A DNA stretch of 64,000 bases from a virus: the IMG/VR virus record IMGVR_UViG_3300037312_000927. One strand, written 5' to 3'. The number at the start of each line of letters is the position of its first letter. Within the stretch, counting starts at the first letter, position 1. The notes beneath the pieces were generated by a model, which was given only the letters and a program-made list of their open reading frames with translations, had not been told where the DNA came from and made no database searches. Positions 28,317 through 38,282 of the stretch are shown here, in pieces. The translations under genes and the position numbers were made by a program.

Positions 28317-28612
28317 TAAACCTGCTGAATTTTCTCAAGATAGGTAACAACCATTATGTATTTGTCCATAAAGGTAAACTTATCTTTCGTCAACACTACG
28401 ATTTCTTCACCCTTTAGACCCTTCGTCTCCACTATTTCGAGCTCAGCTAAGGCCCCCATGTCATCCAAATCATACTTACCGTAACGCACACGGAAATCAA
28501 CCGGGTTAAAGGCCGAAGCCCCAGCCCCAGGGCCGAAGCCCGGGAGAGAGAGAACTTCAGCCTTTAAAGGAATCGAAGCAGCCATTGCTGCTGCACTATT
28601 ATTTTCTGCCAT
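28316..28612 (-). CDS. Hypothetical protein
   Basis: 98 aa, translationally coupled to portal and HNH. Confidence 0.65.
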   Translation of the reverse strand: MAENNSAAAMAASIPLKAEVLSLPGFGPGAGASAFNPVDFRVRYGKYDLDDMGALAELEIVETKGLKGEEIVVLTKDKFTFMDKYIMVVTYLEKIQQV

Positions 28613-30438
28613 TATTCTTTTTCGCTATTAGGTTTTTTGGGAGATGCCGAATCCTGTTTAGCTCCAGCACCGTCTTTTTTAGGTTTACCGCCGGAGGGGC
28701 CAGAGCCCCCACCTTGCTCACCCGCTGCTTCTTGCTGCATCGAAGCAGTCTGGGCATTCATCTGGCTCTGCTCTGCATACTCTGACAATAGTTGAGAGAC
28801 CATTAGGTACATAGAGTAGTCGGTAACTCTCAACTCACCCATGACTGCCATCTGCTGTTTCTCATCAGTCATAGCAAATAATTGCTGAGCAATCGCTTGA
28901 CCTTTAGCAAGTACCGTACGATAGTCCGAATTATTATCGAATCTATCAACCACTTCCTTACCTGCAACAAACACCGCCTGATCAACTGCAAACTTGGTAC
29001 GAACATCTGAAGTGGCCTTGAGAATAGCAGCTTTCTCTTGGGATTTCAACTCATCATCATACTTCATACCGAAAGCTTCGAACAGAGTTTCCGGGCTGCA
29101 TTCCTGGGTAGCATGTAACTGCAGGAGCATCTGTCTAAGAGCATCATCATCAGTAAGTTTGAACGGAGTTAGAGTGACTTTACAGGTTTCAATACCTAGA
29201 TACTTACTCACCCGGGTCATAACCCAATTCAATAGTTCTTCAATCTGACTTGTATAAGTATTCATGGTATTCTGCAGCAGCCTCAGGCCAACCGTAGAAC
29301 TACTCCAATTAGTAACACCAGATAGAAGTTCTTTACTTACACCCAAACTAAGCAAGATACTCTCCTCAGCTTGGGCGATTTCCTGACTTACCAGTAAGTT
29401 TCTTCCTTCTCCACTGATAGCTTGATACCCAATAGGCACTGGGGCTACTAGAACATGGTTTCTATCTCGTTTATGTTTGATAAAAGCTTCGGTCATGTTG
29501 GATACGAAGTTCCTCATAGAGATAGAAACTACAGGATCACTATTACCAGTCTGCGGAGTAGGATACACAACCCTCATAGGATTCATGAAATCCGTAGAAA
29601 TGCTTTCATTAGCCTTTCTCAGAGTGGCTTGGTAAAATACCAGCCCAAACAAACTAATCAGAGGGGGAACTGCTATACCATTGATCTGATGACCGGCACT
29701 GATATTTTTCAGATGGAAGATATTACCTCTATCAAATTTGAAGTCCTGGTTATTTTGAATTGCTTTAACCATGCTCCAAGGTATGCTATCTACAAATAAT
29801 CTATCTCCGATCTGTACTCGTTTTTTGATATCGTTAGGGATTTTATAGAAGTATTCACTCTCACCCGTGATTGGGTTATGGTTAACTGCTATATTCGTAG
29901 GATCCCATTTGATGAGATTCATGTTCTCAATGGATAGGTCCTTTTTATCGGCCACTTTCAGCGGCCCTTTATAGTTACAAGCCGGGCATTCACCTTGAAA
30001 TTCATAGTTTTTAAAGGTAACCCAATTACAGTTCTTAGCAAAGTACGAAGTATTGCAATGGGCGCACTCCAAGTTCCTGTGCACAGGAAAATAGATGCTT
30101 ACAAAAACGTTACCTACAGTGTAATACTCAAACCCCACATCGTGTAGGGCCGGTTTCAGTCTAAAACTTTCGAATACAGCTTCGTATTTCTCTTTTATTT
30201 GCTGGCTAGTAGTATTTACAACGAAGTCCGTAATGGGATAAGTACTCAGTTTTCTGATAACTTCTGTCACTACTGGACTTTGAGTCGTGATATACCGGGA
30301 CCACCTGATGACATCATGAAGGTTACGAGGTAGGAACTGATTCGCAACCGTGAAATATGGATTAGTTGTAGCTGCATAGGATCCTCCTGGAAGGGCAGAA
30401 GTGCCAGGAATTGGAGGAGGGTTAAAGCTATCGTACAT
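28612..30438 (-). CDS. Putative portal protein with Zn-ribbon insertion
   Basis: 608 aa; SPVV..VI.K.S.YP, GNVFVSI, CAHC/CPAC, IFHLK, PPL...LRKANE; first gene of the morphogenesis operon. Confidence 0.6.
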   Translation of the reverse strand: MYDSFNPPPIPGTSALPGGSYAATTNPYFTVANQFLPRNLHDVIRWSRYITTQSPVVTEVIRKLSTYPITDFVVNTTSQQIKEKYEAVFESFRLKPALHDVGFEYYTVGNVFVSIYFPVHRNLECAHCNTSYFAKNCNWVTFKNYEFQGECPACNYKGPLKVADKKDLSIENMNLIKWDPTNIAVNHNPITGESEYFYKIPNDIKKRVQIGDRLFVDSIPWSMVKAIQNNQDFKFDRGNIFHLKNISAGHQINGIAVPPLISLFGLVFYQATLRKANESISTDFMNPMRVVYPTPQTGNSDPVVSISMRNFVSNMTEAFIKHKRDRNHVLVAPVPIGYQAISGEGRNLLVSQEIAQAEESILLSLGVSKELLSGVTNWSSSTVGLRLLQNTMNTYTSQIEELLNWVMTRVSKYLGIETCKVTLTPFKLTDDDALRQMLLQLHATQECSPETLFEAFGMKYDDELKSQEKAAILKATSDVRTKFAVDQAVFVAGKEVVDRFDNNSDYRTVLAKGQAIAQQLFAMTDEKQQMAVMGELRVTDYSMYLMVSQLLSEYAEQSQMNAQTASMQQEAAGEQGGGSGPSGGKPKKDGAGAKQDSASPKKPNSEKE

Positions 30439-30472
30439 TTATATAGTCCTTACGTAGAATATCGTTCCCTTA

Positions 30473-30501
30473 TTTTAAGGGAAAGTGTGTAATTAGTCAA
30501 T
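30473..30501 (-). promoter_or_regulatory. Class A sigma70-like promoter of the portal/RNAP operon
   Basis: Minus strand TTGACT-N17-TAAAAT. Confidence 0.7.
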
Positions 30502-30515
30502 TTTTAACCTTTAAA

Positions 30516-30526
30516 TTTGGTATAAG
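30516..30526 (+). promoter_or_regulatory. Class B promoter TTTGGTATAAG
   Basis: Recurrent motif; upstream of 30577. Confidence 0.75.
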
Positions 30527-30576
30527 TATAGTATATAAAACTATATCTCTATAACATTTTCACGAAGGAAAATATT

Positions 30577-30783
30577 ATGAGCATGCAACAACCGAAGGAT
30601 CCCCAAATGGAATCTCAACGTCTAGACAATATCGAGCAAAGACTCGAAAAAGTTGAAAAACTGGTCGGCAAAACTCGGACTTTGGTCGGTATTGCCGTTG
30701 TAGCATACATTGCAGGTGCAGTCCTCGCCAAAAGGACACCTCCCAAGTACCTGATCATGGAGTCTCGCGGCTCTGAATCGTAA
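30577..30783 (+). CDS. Small coiled-coil plus TM protein
   Basis: 68 aa; RLDNIEQRLEKVEK then LVGIAVVAYIAGAVLA. Confidence 0.7.
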   Translation: MSMQQPKDPQMESQRLDNIEQRLEKVEKLVGKTRTLVGIAVVAYIAGAVLAKRTPPKYLIMESRGSES

Positions 30784-30825
30784 TATAGGGCTTTAGCCCA
30801 TAAGTCTTTTACAGGAATACGAATT

Positions 30826-31089
30826 ATGGAAACCTTTCAAGCTCAGAAGAAAACTGCTCAACTCGAAGCAGAGGACCTTCTGAACCGTCTGCGTTATGGT
30901 AATACTCGTAATGGCTTTAAAAGAGATTTCCAGGACGTGCCATATGACGGTAACGACCGGCGTGCGGAAATTGACCGTCGTCGACTTGCGGCTGCTTCGT
31001 CAAGACCCGGCGTTGGGGTAGTAGTTTTAGGAGTCTTAGGAGCTCTCGCTACCGGCGCAGGATGCGCTATAGTGAGGGATAAGCTGTAG
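30826..31089 (+). CDS. Small tail-anchored membrane protein
   Basis: 87 aa; C-terminal VGVVVLGVLGALATGAGCAIV. Confidence 0.7.
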   Translation: METFQAQKKTAQLEAEDLLNRLRYGNTRNGFKRDFQDVPYDGNDRRAEIDRRRLAAASSRPGVGVVVLGVLGALATGAGCAIVRDKL

Positions 31090-31111
31090 AAATTAAATAT
31101 TACCTAATCAA

Positions 31112-31121
31112 TTTGGTATAA
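31112..31121 (+). promoter_or_regulatory. Class B promoter
   Basis: TTTGGTATAA(A). Confidence 0.7.
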
Positions 31122-31190
31122 ATAAAGTGTAGAGAAATCTGTACCATACAGATCTCGACATTTCAACCCACCTCAACTAGGAGATTTACA

Positions 31191-31409
31191 ATGGATACCA
31201 ACAACAACGGCGTGGCACAAGATCCGGCACTGGCTGCAGCAGCTCGTGCAGAGAAGGCGGCAAAAATGAAAGGCATGGCCATCAGCAGCGGTAAAGCAAT
31301 CGGCTTCATGGCAATCGGTGCCGCCCTGACGGTCGGCGTCGGCAAACTGCGCGGCAGCCGCAAGACTACCACCCAGATCGTCGAGGCAGCGCCGGCCGAA
31401 ATGGCGTAA
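31191..31409 (+). CDS. Small Ala-rich TM protein
   Basis: 72 aa; AIGFMAIGAALTVGVG; GC-rich codons. Confidence 0.75.
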   Translation: MDTNNNGVAQDPALAAAARAEKAAKMKGMAISSGKAIGFMAIGAALTVGVGKLRGSRKTTTQIVEAAPAEMA

Positions 31410-31470
31410 GCATTAAACGGGTAGAGGATCCTGGGAGGGTCCCTGCCCGCATTAAATAAGTAGTCACCCG

Positions 31471-31481
31471 TTTGGTATAAG
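31471..31481 (+). promoter_or_regulatory. Class B promoter
   Basis: TTTGGTATAAG. Confidence 0.75.
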
Positions 31482-31562
31482 TATAGTATAGAGAAACACA
31501 CTTCCCTGTATGCTCTATACGTGCAGGTATTTCCCAATTAACCTAGGCTCAGGAGAACAAGA

Positions 31563-31928
31563 ATGTCGAATACCAATCCTAACAAATCTGCTGGTTCCGA
31601 ACCCGGCCTGTCGTCCTTGTCCCAATCGGATATCGACCGTATCGCAGGCGAAGCGGTCTCGGCTGCAAAGACGGCTGCAACCACAGCTGCAGCTGAAGAA
31701 GTCGCAAAGCGCATGGGCGACGTCGAGATCACGGCAGCAAAGGCAGCGGCAACCGCAGCAGCGGCGGCATCGGCCGAAGCGATCGCCCGTCAACAGAAGG
31801 CAAACAAGATGAAGGAATACGGCACCATCGCCGGCATCTCCCTCGGCACCTTCGCCCTCGGCACACTGGGTATGGCCGGGTACGACCGTTTCCGCAACCG
31901 CAACAATCCGGGTAATCATCACCAATAA
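31563..31928 (+). CDS. Ala-rich coiled-coil tail-anchored protein
   Basis: 121 aa; AAKTAATTAAAEE/AAKAAATAAAAA repeat; YGTIAGISLGTFALGTLGMAGY. Confidence 0.75.
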   Translation: MSNTNPNKSAGSEPGLSSLSQSDIDRIAGEAVSAAKTAATTAAAEEVAKRMGDVEITAAKAAATAAAAASAEAIARQQKANKMKEYGTIAGISLGTFALGTLGMAGYDRFRNRNNPGNHHQ

Positions 31929-32043
31929 CCCGGAAGTACTCTGGAGCACGTACAAGTTATAGGAGAACACGTGCTCCAGTAGTAAGAACTAAAGTTCTCC
32001 TAAATCTGTTTTATCACAGAAAACCTGCGCAAACGGAAATACG

Positions 32044-32376
32044 ATGGTAGAAGAAAAAGTAAGAAACTACAGGTCCCAAAAGGAGACCTTGGTTCAAAAC
32101 CGGGAACCTGAAAGTCTTGCGGAGCTGTTTAATGAGGAAGGAGATGGGGAGGTCGATGAGAAGGAAGAGATGGTACGTTCAGCGTTCCGTCGTCAACTCG
32201 ACCAACAACTTTCTCACGCTGCAGAATCCCACAAGATGAGCATGAAAGAGCGTCAGAGCGCAGTCATCGCAACGAAAGCAGCTACAATGTTCTTCGGGAC
32301 TTGGGCTACTATCGGTGTTGCGATGTTGGCGAGATCGTGCATTAACTTCGACAAAGGTCCGAAGTTCAAAGTATAG
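32044..32376 (+). CDS. Coiled-coil tail-anchored protein
   Basis: 110 aa; C-terminal ATMFFGTWATIGVAML. Confidence 0.65.
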   Translation: MVEEKVRNYRSQKETLVQNREPESLAELFNEEGDGEVDEKEEMVRSAFRRQLDQQLSHAAESHKMSMKERQSAVIATKAATMFFGTWATIGVAMLARSCINFDKGPKFKV

Positions 32377-32448
32377 TTAATATACTGAGTAGTCGGGGAA
32401 TTCGACAGTGTCGGTTCCCTGGCATTTTTTTAGTTAAATGAGGCCATT

Positions 32449-32772
32449 TTGATAGACTTTACCTTTAGTAACCCTTTGATTCAAAAGTACTTCGAAGGCG
32501 ACGACTCGTACATACCCAGTGCAGAGTTAGTGTACCTTCATGAGCATCCCCTTATCACTCAGTCTTTTTTAGTAGAGATGGAGACACTAATAAATAAGGC
32601 GTCTTTACATATACAAAAGAAAAATATAGTAGGAACTTTGGCTAATAAATTTATCAACTCTGCAATAAAACTAGGGGCAGAGTTGCCGACGGTAAGTCAA
32701 CAAAACGCCCCTATTATATTATCTGAATTGAGAACCGTTTATAGCTTATGTAAATCTTTATTGAACCAGTGA
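32449..32772 (+). CDS. Hypothetical protein
   Basis: 107 aa ORF after a hairpin; convergent overlap with 32758-33936. Confidence 0.5.
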   Translation: MIDFTFSNPLIQKYFEGDDSYIPSAELVYLHEHPLITQSFLVEMETLINKASLHIQKKNIVGTLANKFINSAIKLGAELPTVSQQNAPIILSELRTVYSLCKSLLNQ

Positions 32773-33936
32773 TACCGACACAATTTGGAAAAGTCCCGAG
32801 TTAGTGTCCGAAGCATCACTACCCATTCTTTCTATAATAATGTTTAGAAATTCACGGTTAACAGACCAAACACCATTTACGAAGGTGGCGAATTCTGTGA
32901 CCGGAACTGACATCTGCGTGGTATAAGTCTGAACCGTGTTAGCAGTACTGGCCATTGGGATTGACTCTTGACCGGCCACTACTTCTGCGGTGGTGATCAA
33001 ATCTGCCGCAGCGTATGATTTATAACGAAGTCTCATAACGGCTTGGTTACTGCCGACAGAGTTAGTGTACGAAATTCTGACTTTGATTGGGAGATACGGA
33101 TTTACCTGAATTTGAGATAACGACGTAGTTAGTGAAATCCCTGATATAGAATCTGGATCCATACTATACACAGGGACATCATTGACCGTAGTTAAAGTGG
33201 CACCTCCACTGGACAATACGTTAGGAGTAACTGATTTCAACATCCCACGGGCTTTGGGAGCATTAGCGTGGAGTTGAACCTTGAACGCAGTACTGCCCTG
33301 AGTAAGGGTGATATTATAGATAGGAAATCTACCAGAAGTAGTAGTAGCCGGGACTTCTGATCCACTAGTTGCCGCAACCCCTGCAATCAAGAAGAGCTTT
33401 AATTCACCGTTCAGTAGTAGTGATGGCAGATAGGTATTAGTGGCGTCTACGTAGGGCACTGTACTAGTTGCCATACTTGTATTATCTAATTCTGAAAATT
33501 GACCCTCTACTGTGTAGACGATAGAGGTCCCCACAGTTGTAGGTGAAGGGACATTAAAGTCCGACATCACAGTGATAAGGGCTTGCTTCAGGGTAACGTC
33601 GGTAAGACTGTCGTTGATAATACGGGATTCATAGTATGCTCCTGGTCCAATTCGAACCGTGTTAGATCCGGTTTTTGAAACGGAGAGTCCGCTCAAAGAA
33701 ATCGTGGATCCTTGACTGTTGACCATTACTTCTGAAATTAGACTGGATAGGTTTAGGCCTAACATAACCGCCGCACGACGAGACGAATCCCCTGCAACAC
33801 GAGATGCTTTGATATTAGTATCTAGATCCCCTAGAGGTCTATTGTCTACTGTGTAGAAGTACGGGTCCAGAGCCGTATAGTATCGTACCTCACTGTAGTT
33901 TGAGTCATCTTGTGGTAGGAAAGCTGGAGTTGACAT
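32758..33936 (-). CDS. Putative virion structural (tail/fibre anchor-like) protein
   Basis: 392 aa, Ser/Thr-rich beta-type composition; upstream TTGACT-N18-TAAACT. Confidence 0.5.
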   Translation of the reverse strand: MSTPAFLPQDDSNYSEVRYYTALDPYFYTVDNRPLGDLDTNIKASRVAGDSSRRAAVMLGLNLSSLISEVMVNSQGSTISLSGLSVSKTGSNTVRIGPGAYYESRIINDSLTDVTLKQALITVMSDFNVPSPTTVGTSIVYTVEGQFSELDNTSMATSTVPYVDATNTYLPSLLLNGELKLFLIAGVAATSGSEVPATTTSGRFPIYNITLTQGSTAFKVQLHANAPKARGMLKSVTPNVLSSGGATLTTVNDVPVYSMDPDSISGISLTTSLSQIQVNPYLPIKVRISYTNSVGSNQAVMRLRYKSYAAADLITTAEVVAGQESIPMASTANTVQTYTTQMSVPVTEFATFVNGVWSVNREFLNIIIERMGSDASDTNSGLFQIVSVSLVQ

Positions 33937-33966
33937 TATTTTTAGTTCCTGTATTTAAATGTTTGA

Positions 33967-33975
33967 TGGTATAAT
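33967..33975 (+). promoter_or_regulatory. Class B-like promoter TGGTATAAT
   Basis: Intergenic, upstream of 34029. Confidence 0.6.
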
Positions 33976-34028
33976 GAACTTACCATAGTTTAATATATTA
34001 ATCTTCTTTAAGTCAAGGAATAATCCTA

Positions 34029-34478
34029 ATGAAGTTCAAAACAGTTTTGTCAATAACCTTTGAAGGTTTGTCACTCAACTTAGATAAATTTGGGGTGTTT
34101 ATACCATGGATGTTTTTCATACCGTATTCCGGGGTCGGGATATTTTCGTACCCGGTATCACAGACGAAGCCCACGCCTTACAGGAAATCCGACAAACTTA
34201 CAGGGTTTGATATAGGAGACCTGATCCCCGAATGGGTCAAATTTAAATACCCCTCAGAACACTTGATAGTGTTAACTGAAGTTAACGTTCAAGCTAAGAA
34301 CATACAGTTCTGGGCAAAAATACCAAAAACAGATAGTCAATTTTTCTTGAAGGACCTGGTTGTGCTTTTTTGTAAAGATAAAAGTGAAGTTATACGTCTA
34401 GTTGAAAATATACCTAGAGATTTCGCAGATGCAAAAGGGTTCTCTGCAGGAGAACTATTAATAGATAATGAGGATTGA
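34029..34478 (+). CDS. Hypothetical protein
   Basis: 149 aa, SD AAGGA. Confidence 0.65.
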   Translation: MKFKTVLSITFEGLSLNLDKFGVFIPWMFFIPYSGVGIFSYPVSQTKPTPYRKSDKLTGFDIGDLIPEWVKFKYPSEHLIVLTEVNVQAKNIQFWAKIPKTDSQFFLKDLVVLFCKDKSEVIRLVENIPRDFADAKGFSAGELLIDNED

Positions 34479-34725
34479 AATGGTCGGATACTGTTACTTG
34501 GACTTTGACGGGAATATCACTTATAAAACTAATCACTACATTTCAACTATAGATCCCGGCTTCTTTAATAACAATAGACATCTAATAGTCAAATATTGGA
34601 AATTCGATACAGAAGACCGCTCCAGTATGATCAGGCTTATGAGGGATTTTACGGATCTCAAACTACAGGTAACTTCCGTTGAGAATTTCTTCAGAAGCAT
34701 TAACTTCGTTCCAAAGAAATCGTAA
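34468..34725 (+). CDS. Hypothetical protein
   Basis: 85 aa, coupled to its neighbours. Confidence 0.6.
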   Translation: MRIEMVGYCYLDFDGNITYKTNHYISTIDPGFFNNNRHLIVKYWKFDTEDRSSMIRLMRDFTDLKLQVTSVENFFRSINFVPKKS

Positions 34726-36467
34726 TGCAAATAAAATTTAACGTTCTAAAAGATCGGGTTCTCTTCATCAATGAGAACGCCACTGAATATAAGAATATGA
34801 TGAAGTTCCCGGCCTTTCTTCGTGAAGGGCCGTACTTTTATGTGCCTGCGAAAATCCACGTCGTATACAACGTAGTATCCAGGCTACAGACTGCGTTCAA
34901 GAAGATTGCCATAGCTAAGGATGTGTTAGATTTCATGAATCAGGACATGAAGCTCAAGGCTTTGCCTGAGGATTTCAAGTACATTACTGAACCTATGAAG
35001 TCCCAAGAGATCGCTCTACGTTATATGTACACGGTGGGTAGTGGGGGATTACTCATGGATCCGGGCATGGGCAAATCCAAAGTGGCTCTGGATTATATAG
35101 CTTTGATGAAGTTCAAGCGTAGCATTATCGCTTGTCCTAAACCTCTGTGTTTCGTGTGGGAGGACGAGGTTGCCAAGCACCGCCCTGACCTTACTATTCA
35201 CGTATTTGAAACAACAGACTGGGAGAAAGAGTGGGAGAAGGCTAAGGACAAAGATATCATTTGTATGAATTATTCGAAGATCAGTCTACTGAAAGATCAC
35301 CTTGCCAAAGAACAGTTTGACTTCATTCATCTGGACGAGTTTCTGATCAAGGATCCCAGTACGGAAAGAACAAAGGATATTACGGCCCTGTCTAAACGTA
35401 TCCCGTACCGTTGCGGGGGATCGGGTACTCTTATCAACAATTCAATCCTGGATGCGTTCGCTCCCATCAGGTTCTTGGAACCAGCTTTGGTTGGTTATAA
35501 CTTTACACACTTTAAAGATCGACATACCATTAAGAATCCTAAAGATCCAAGAATGGTTGTCAACTATTACAAACAAGACGAAGTCCGCAGCACACTTGAA
35601 AGTTGCTGCATCGTAATGACGAAATCGGAATGGTTAGATTTGCCGAAAAAGAACTTTAAAGACATATACGTAAACCTAGGAGATGACCAACGAGACTTCT
35701 ACTCAAGTCTGAGTCGTAACTATATCTCTAGTATCAACGGCAAAGACGTTGAGGTAGACAATGCGTTGGTTATGATGTCCAAGTTATATCAGGTTTCGAA
35801 CGGATTCATCTACGTAGGGGCTAAAACGGAAGAAGGCTCTGATGAGGTTTTAGACCTGATGGCTGAAGAGGGTAAGAAGAAAAAGAAGTCTCAGCGAACT
35901 ACTGAGTTTTTCCAGAATCAACCAAAACTCGATGCCCTTATGAAAATCCTAAAAGAAGATGCTAAGGGTAAGCGGGGGATTATTTGGTTTAACTTTGCTG
36001 CAGAGTTTGAACTGATTAAAGCGGCATTGGAGAAGGACGGGTTTAAGTATCTAAGTATTCAAGGAGGCGACAAGAACATTGGTCAAAAGGTCCGGGAGTT
36101 TAACAACAACCCTAACTATAGCTGGTTGGTGTGTCAGGCTAAGAGTGTAAATTACGGTATCACAGTCCTTGGTACGTCTATGGAGAAATTGGAGAATAGT
36201 GACTTTGAGATCTTCCCGGATATGACGCCCGAAGTTCATACCGAGATTTTCTACTCTTGTAACTTCTCCCTGGAAGTGTATTTGCAGCAGCAAGACCGTA
36301 TCCACCGGATCGGCCAGAAGCACAACTGTGATTACTACCGTATATTTGCCAACACGAATGTTGAGCAACAGATACGCAAGGCGTTGGACGAGAAGCTGAC
36401 AATTAGAAAAGAGATGCTTATCGATATTGCTGAGAAACTTAAAGAAACACCGGATTTTGCGGTATAA
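34725..36467 (+). CDS. SNF2-like SF2 helicase/ATPase
   Basis: MDPGMGKSK (Walker A), IHLDE (Walker B), GSGTLINN, QQQDRIHRIGQ. Confidence 0.88.
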   Translation: MQIKFNVLKDRVLFINENATEYKNMMKFPAFLREGPYFYVPAKIHVVYNVVSRLQTAFKKIAIAKDVLDFMNQDMKLKALPEDFKYITEPMKSQEIALRYMYTVGSGGLLMDPGMGKSKVALDYIALMKFKRSIIACPKPLCFVWEDEVAKHRPDLTIHVFETTDWEKEWEKAKDKDIICMNYSKISLLKDHLAKEQFDFIHLDEFLIKDPSTERTKDITALSKRIPYRCGGSGTLINNSILDAFAPIRFLEPALVGYNFTHFKDRHTIKNPKDPRMVVNYYKQDEVRSTLESCCIVMTKSEWLDLPKKNFKDIYVNLGDDQRDFYSSLSRNYISSINGKDVEVDNALVMMSKLYQVSNGFIYVGAKTEEGSDEVLDLMAEEGKKKKKSQRTTEFFQNQPKLDALMKILKEDAKGKRGIIWFNFAAEFELIKAALEKDGFKYLSIQGGDKNIGQKVREFNNNPNYSWLVCQAKSVNYGITVLGTSMEKLENSDFEIFPDMTPEVHTEIFYSCNFSLEVYLQQQDRIHRIGQKHNCDYYRIFANTNVEQQIRKALDEKLTIRKEMLIDIAEKLKETPDFAV

Positions 36468-36518
36468 GGTTTACGTATACAAAATGTATACGCTTTTTTC
36501 GTTAAATAAGGAAATGTA

Positions 36519-36710
36519 ATGTTTCATAATCTCACCCCTCTCAAGATTCTGATCTTGTTCGTACTCGCACTACTGGCCTCGCTGGGCGTCTTCGTCGTCC
36601 TGAAGATCTTCCTGGCCCTCGGCATTGCGTTCATCATCGGTCTGACCACAGGTGCGTTCTTCACCACCGTGTACTTCCTCCGTAAGAAGAAAAGTGGACG
36701 TTTCGGCTGA
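36519..36710 (+). CDS. Small two-TM membrane protein
   Basis: 63 aa, hydrophobic with basic C-terminus RKKK. Confidence 0.7.
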   Translation: MFHNLTPLKILILFVLALLASLGVFVVLKIFLALGIAFIIGLTTGAFFTTVYFLRKKKSGRFG

Positions 36711-36840
36711 TGACCTACTTGGGCTGCTATTCTGGATAGCGGCCTTTTTCATTGTTCTGTACGTTCTAGCAATCCGGGTAACTTCTCAGAGGAAACGGAT
36801 TGATAAGGAGACAGGATGTACAGAAGTTGAGGTTAAATAA
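36652..36840 (+). CDS. Small membrane protein (likely GTG start at 36694)
   Basis: LLGLLFWIAAFFIVLYVLAI hydrophobic helix. Confidence 0.5.
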   Translation: MRSSPPCTSSVRRKVDVSADDLLGLLFWIAAFFIVLYVLAIRVTSQRKRIDKETGCTEVEVK

Positions 36841-36851
36841 CTCTTCCGTAA

Positions 36852-36862
36852 TTTGGTATAAG
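36852..36862 (+). promoter_or_regulatory. Class B promoter
   Basis: TTTGGTATAAG. Confidence 0.75.
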
Positions 36863-36931
36863 AAAAGTGCCTAGATAATATAGGCGTTATTTTCTATAAC
36901 TAAATACCCGCCCAGGGACTGAAGGATTATT

Positions 36932-37138
36932 ATGGCCATCGACTGCACCGGTTGCAAAAACAAAATGAATTCCATGAGCCAAGGGTATTGCACCCATTTT
37001 GCCATGGCACCTCAACTCGACTCGTGTGAACTGCACAGCGAGAAACAAGCAGCTGCAAACGCTGCTGAACCGTCGGGTTCGTACATCTGGCTCGGAGAAG
37101 TACGTTCCGTCGACGGCATTACCCACATGTCCATTTAA
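36932..37138 (+). CDS. Small Cys-rich protein
   Basis: 68 aa; CTGC...C.H...C, SD GAAGGA. Confidence 0.65.
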   Translation: MAIDCTGCKNKMNSMSQGYCTHFAMAPQLDSCELHSEKQAAANAAEPSGSYIWLGEVRSVDGITHMSI

Positions 37139-37156
37139 AAACAAGGATACTCACCC

Positions 37157-37897
37157 ATGTCTCATTCCTCCATGACCTCCGCCCAAGCTGAACTGGCTTC
37201 GAAACGCATCGAAACTGCCGTTAACGGTTTCCAGGAGAAATTTGAAAAGAAGAACGGCCGCAAAGCTACCGGTGAAGAAATCGCCGCTTTCGCTGGCGTG
37301 GTAACTGGTGCCATTACCAATTCGATCACGTCTACCACGAAGTCGGCCGATGACAAGGCCGAACGCGCCGTACGTACCCAGAACGTCCTGGCAGCCGCCA
37401 AGGCCGCTGGCGGCGTCAAGTTCTTCCACCGGCGGGAGCATGACGCGATCGACCACGTCGTCTCCATCGAGAAGATCACCGACCGCATCTACGAAGAAAT
37501 CGTTAATGTCGAAATCGTCAATGCGACGCTCGGCGGCCAGACCTTCGCCTACAAGTACGTTCTGGACGAGAACAACGACCTGTTCATGGTCTACACGACG
37601 GCCTTCTGCCGCAACGATGAACCGTTCGATCCGCTGATCGGTATGGAGATCGCTCTGGATAAATTCCAGAACGGCCTGACTTTCCAAACCCCGATTCAGC
37701 ACGAACGCTTCGGCCAGGTCAAGCTGACCCAACTGGCTAAGAAGTACAAGTCCGTCGAGAATTTCCGGAGTGCACCAGAAGCCTGGCGTTCGGCTAACCG
37801 TCAAGCCCTGGATTCCGTTTTCGGTGCAGGCGAATCAGCCGAAGCCCCGGCAGCGGCTATCGTCGTCTTCGACGAAGCAGATAAAACCACCGCGTAA
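37157..37897 (+). CDS. Highly expressed-type hypothetical protein
   Basis: 246 aa, strong GC3 bias; motif TAFCRNDEPFDPLIGMEIAL. Confidence 0.75.
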   Translation: MSHSSMTSAQAELASKRIETAVNGFQEKFEKKNGRKATGEEIAAFAGVVTGAITNSITSTTKSADDKAERAVRTQNVLAAAKAAGGVKFFHRREHDAIDHVVSIEKITDRIYEEIVNVEIVNATLGGQTFAYKYVLDENNDLFMVYTTAFCRNDEPFDPLIGMEIALDKFQNGLTFQTPIQHERFGQVKLTQLAKKYKSVENFRSAPEAWRSANRQALDSVFGAGESAEAPAAAIVVFDEADKTTA

Positions 37898-37928
37898 ATC
37901 CAACCCATTATAAGAAGGGAATATTAGT

Positions 37929-38279
37929 ATGAAAACCATCGAACAAATCTTCCTGTTTTTCCTCAACAGCATCAAGGCCTTCTGTGGCGTCAAGAGTGAC
38001 TACGACCCCACCGTCTCGGTACCTCCTGCTCGTGTCGTCGACAAGCAGGAGGCGGTTCCGATGGATCGTACGAAGATTCCTTTCACGATCACGGGTCACG
38101 ACGAAGAGCTAATTAAGCGTGCTGAAAAGCTTTTCTCTGACGATGTGGTCCGTCTCAAATGGATCCTGGCTGTAAAGGAGGTACGCAAGACGCCGACGGG
38201 TTGGATCCTCGATTCCGCTCGTGCTAAGAATCCCCGTGCAAAATGGGGAGTCCCAGGCGCCTATGGTGTTCCAGCATAA
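37929..38279 (+). CDS. Hypothetical phage protein
   Basis: 116 aa; RLKWILAVKEVRKTPTGWIL. Confidence 0.7.
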   Translation: MKTIEQIFLFFLNSIKAFCGVKSDYDPTVSVPPARVVDKQEAVPMDRTKIPFTITGHDEELIKRAEKLFSDDVVRLKWILAVKEVRKTPTGWILDSARAKNPRAKWGVPGAYGVPA

Positions 38280-38282
38280 AAC

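Noticed and set aside
37151-37804. Long antisense ORFs (also 47636-48448, 62735-63208, 13707-14291, 52531-53040)
   Set aside because: Shadow ORFs opposite codon-biased real genes; no SD or recognisable motifs
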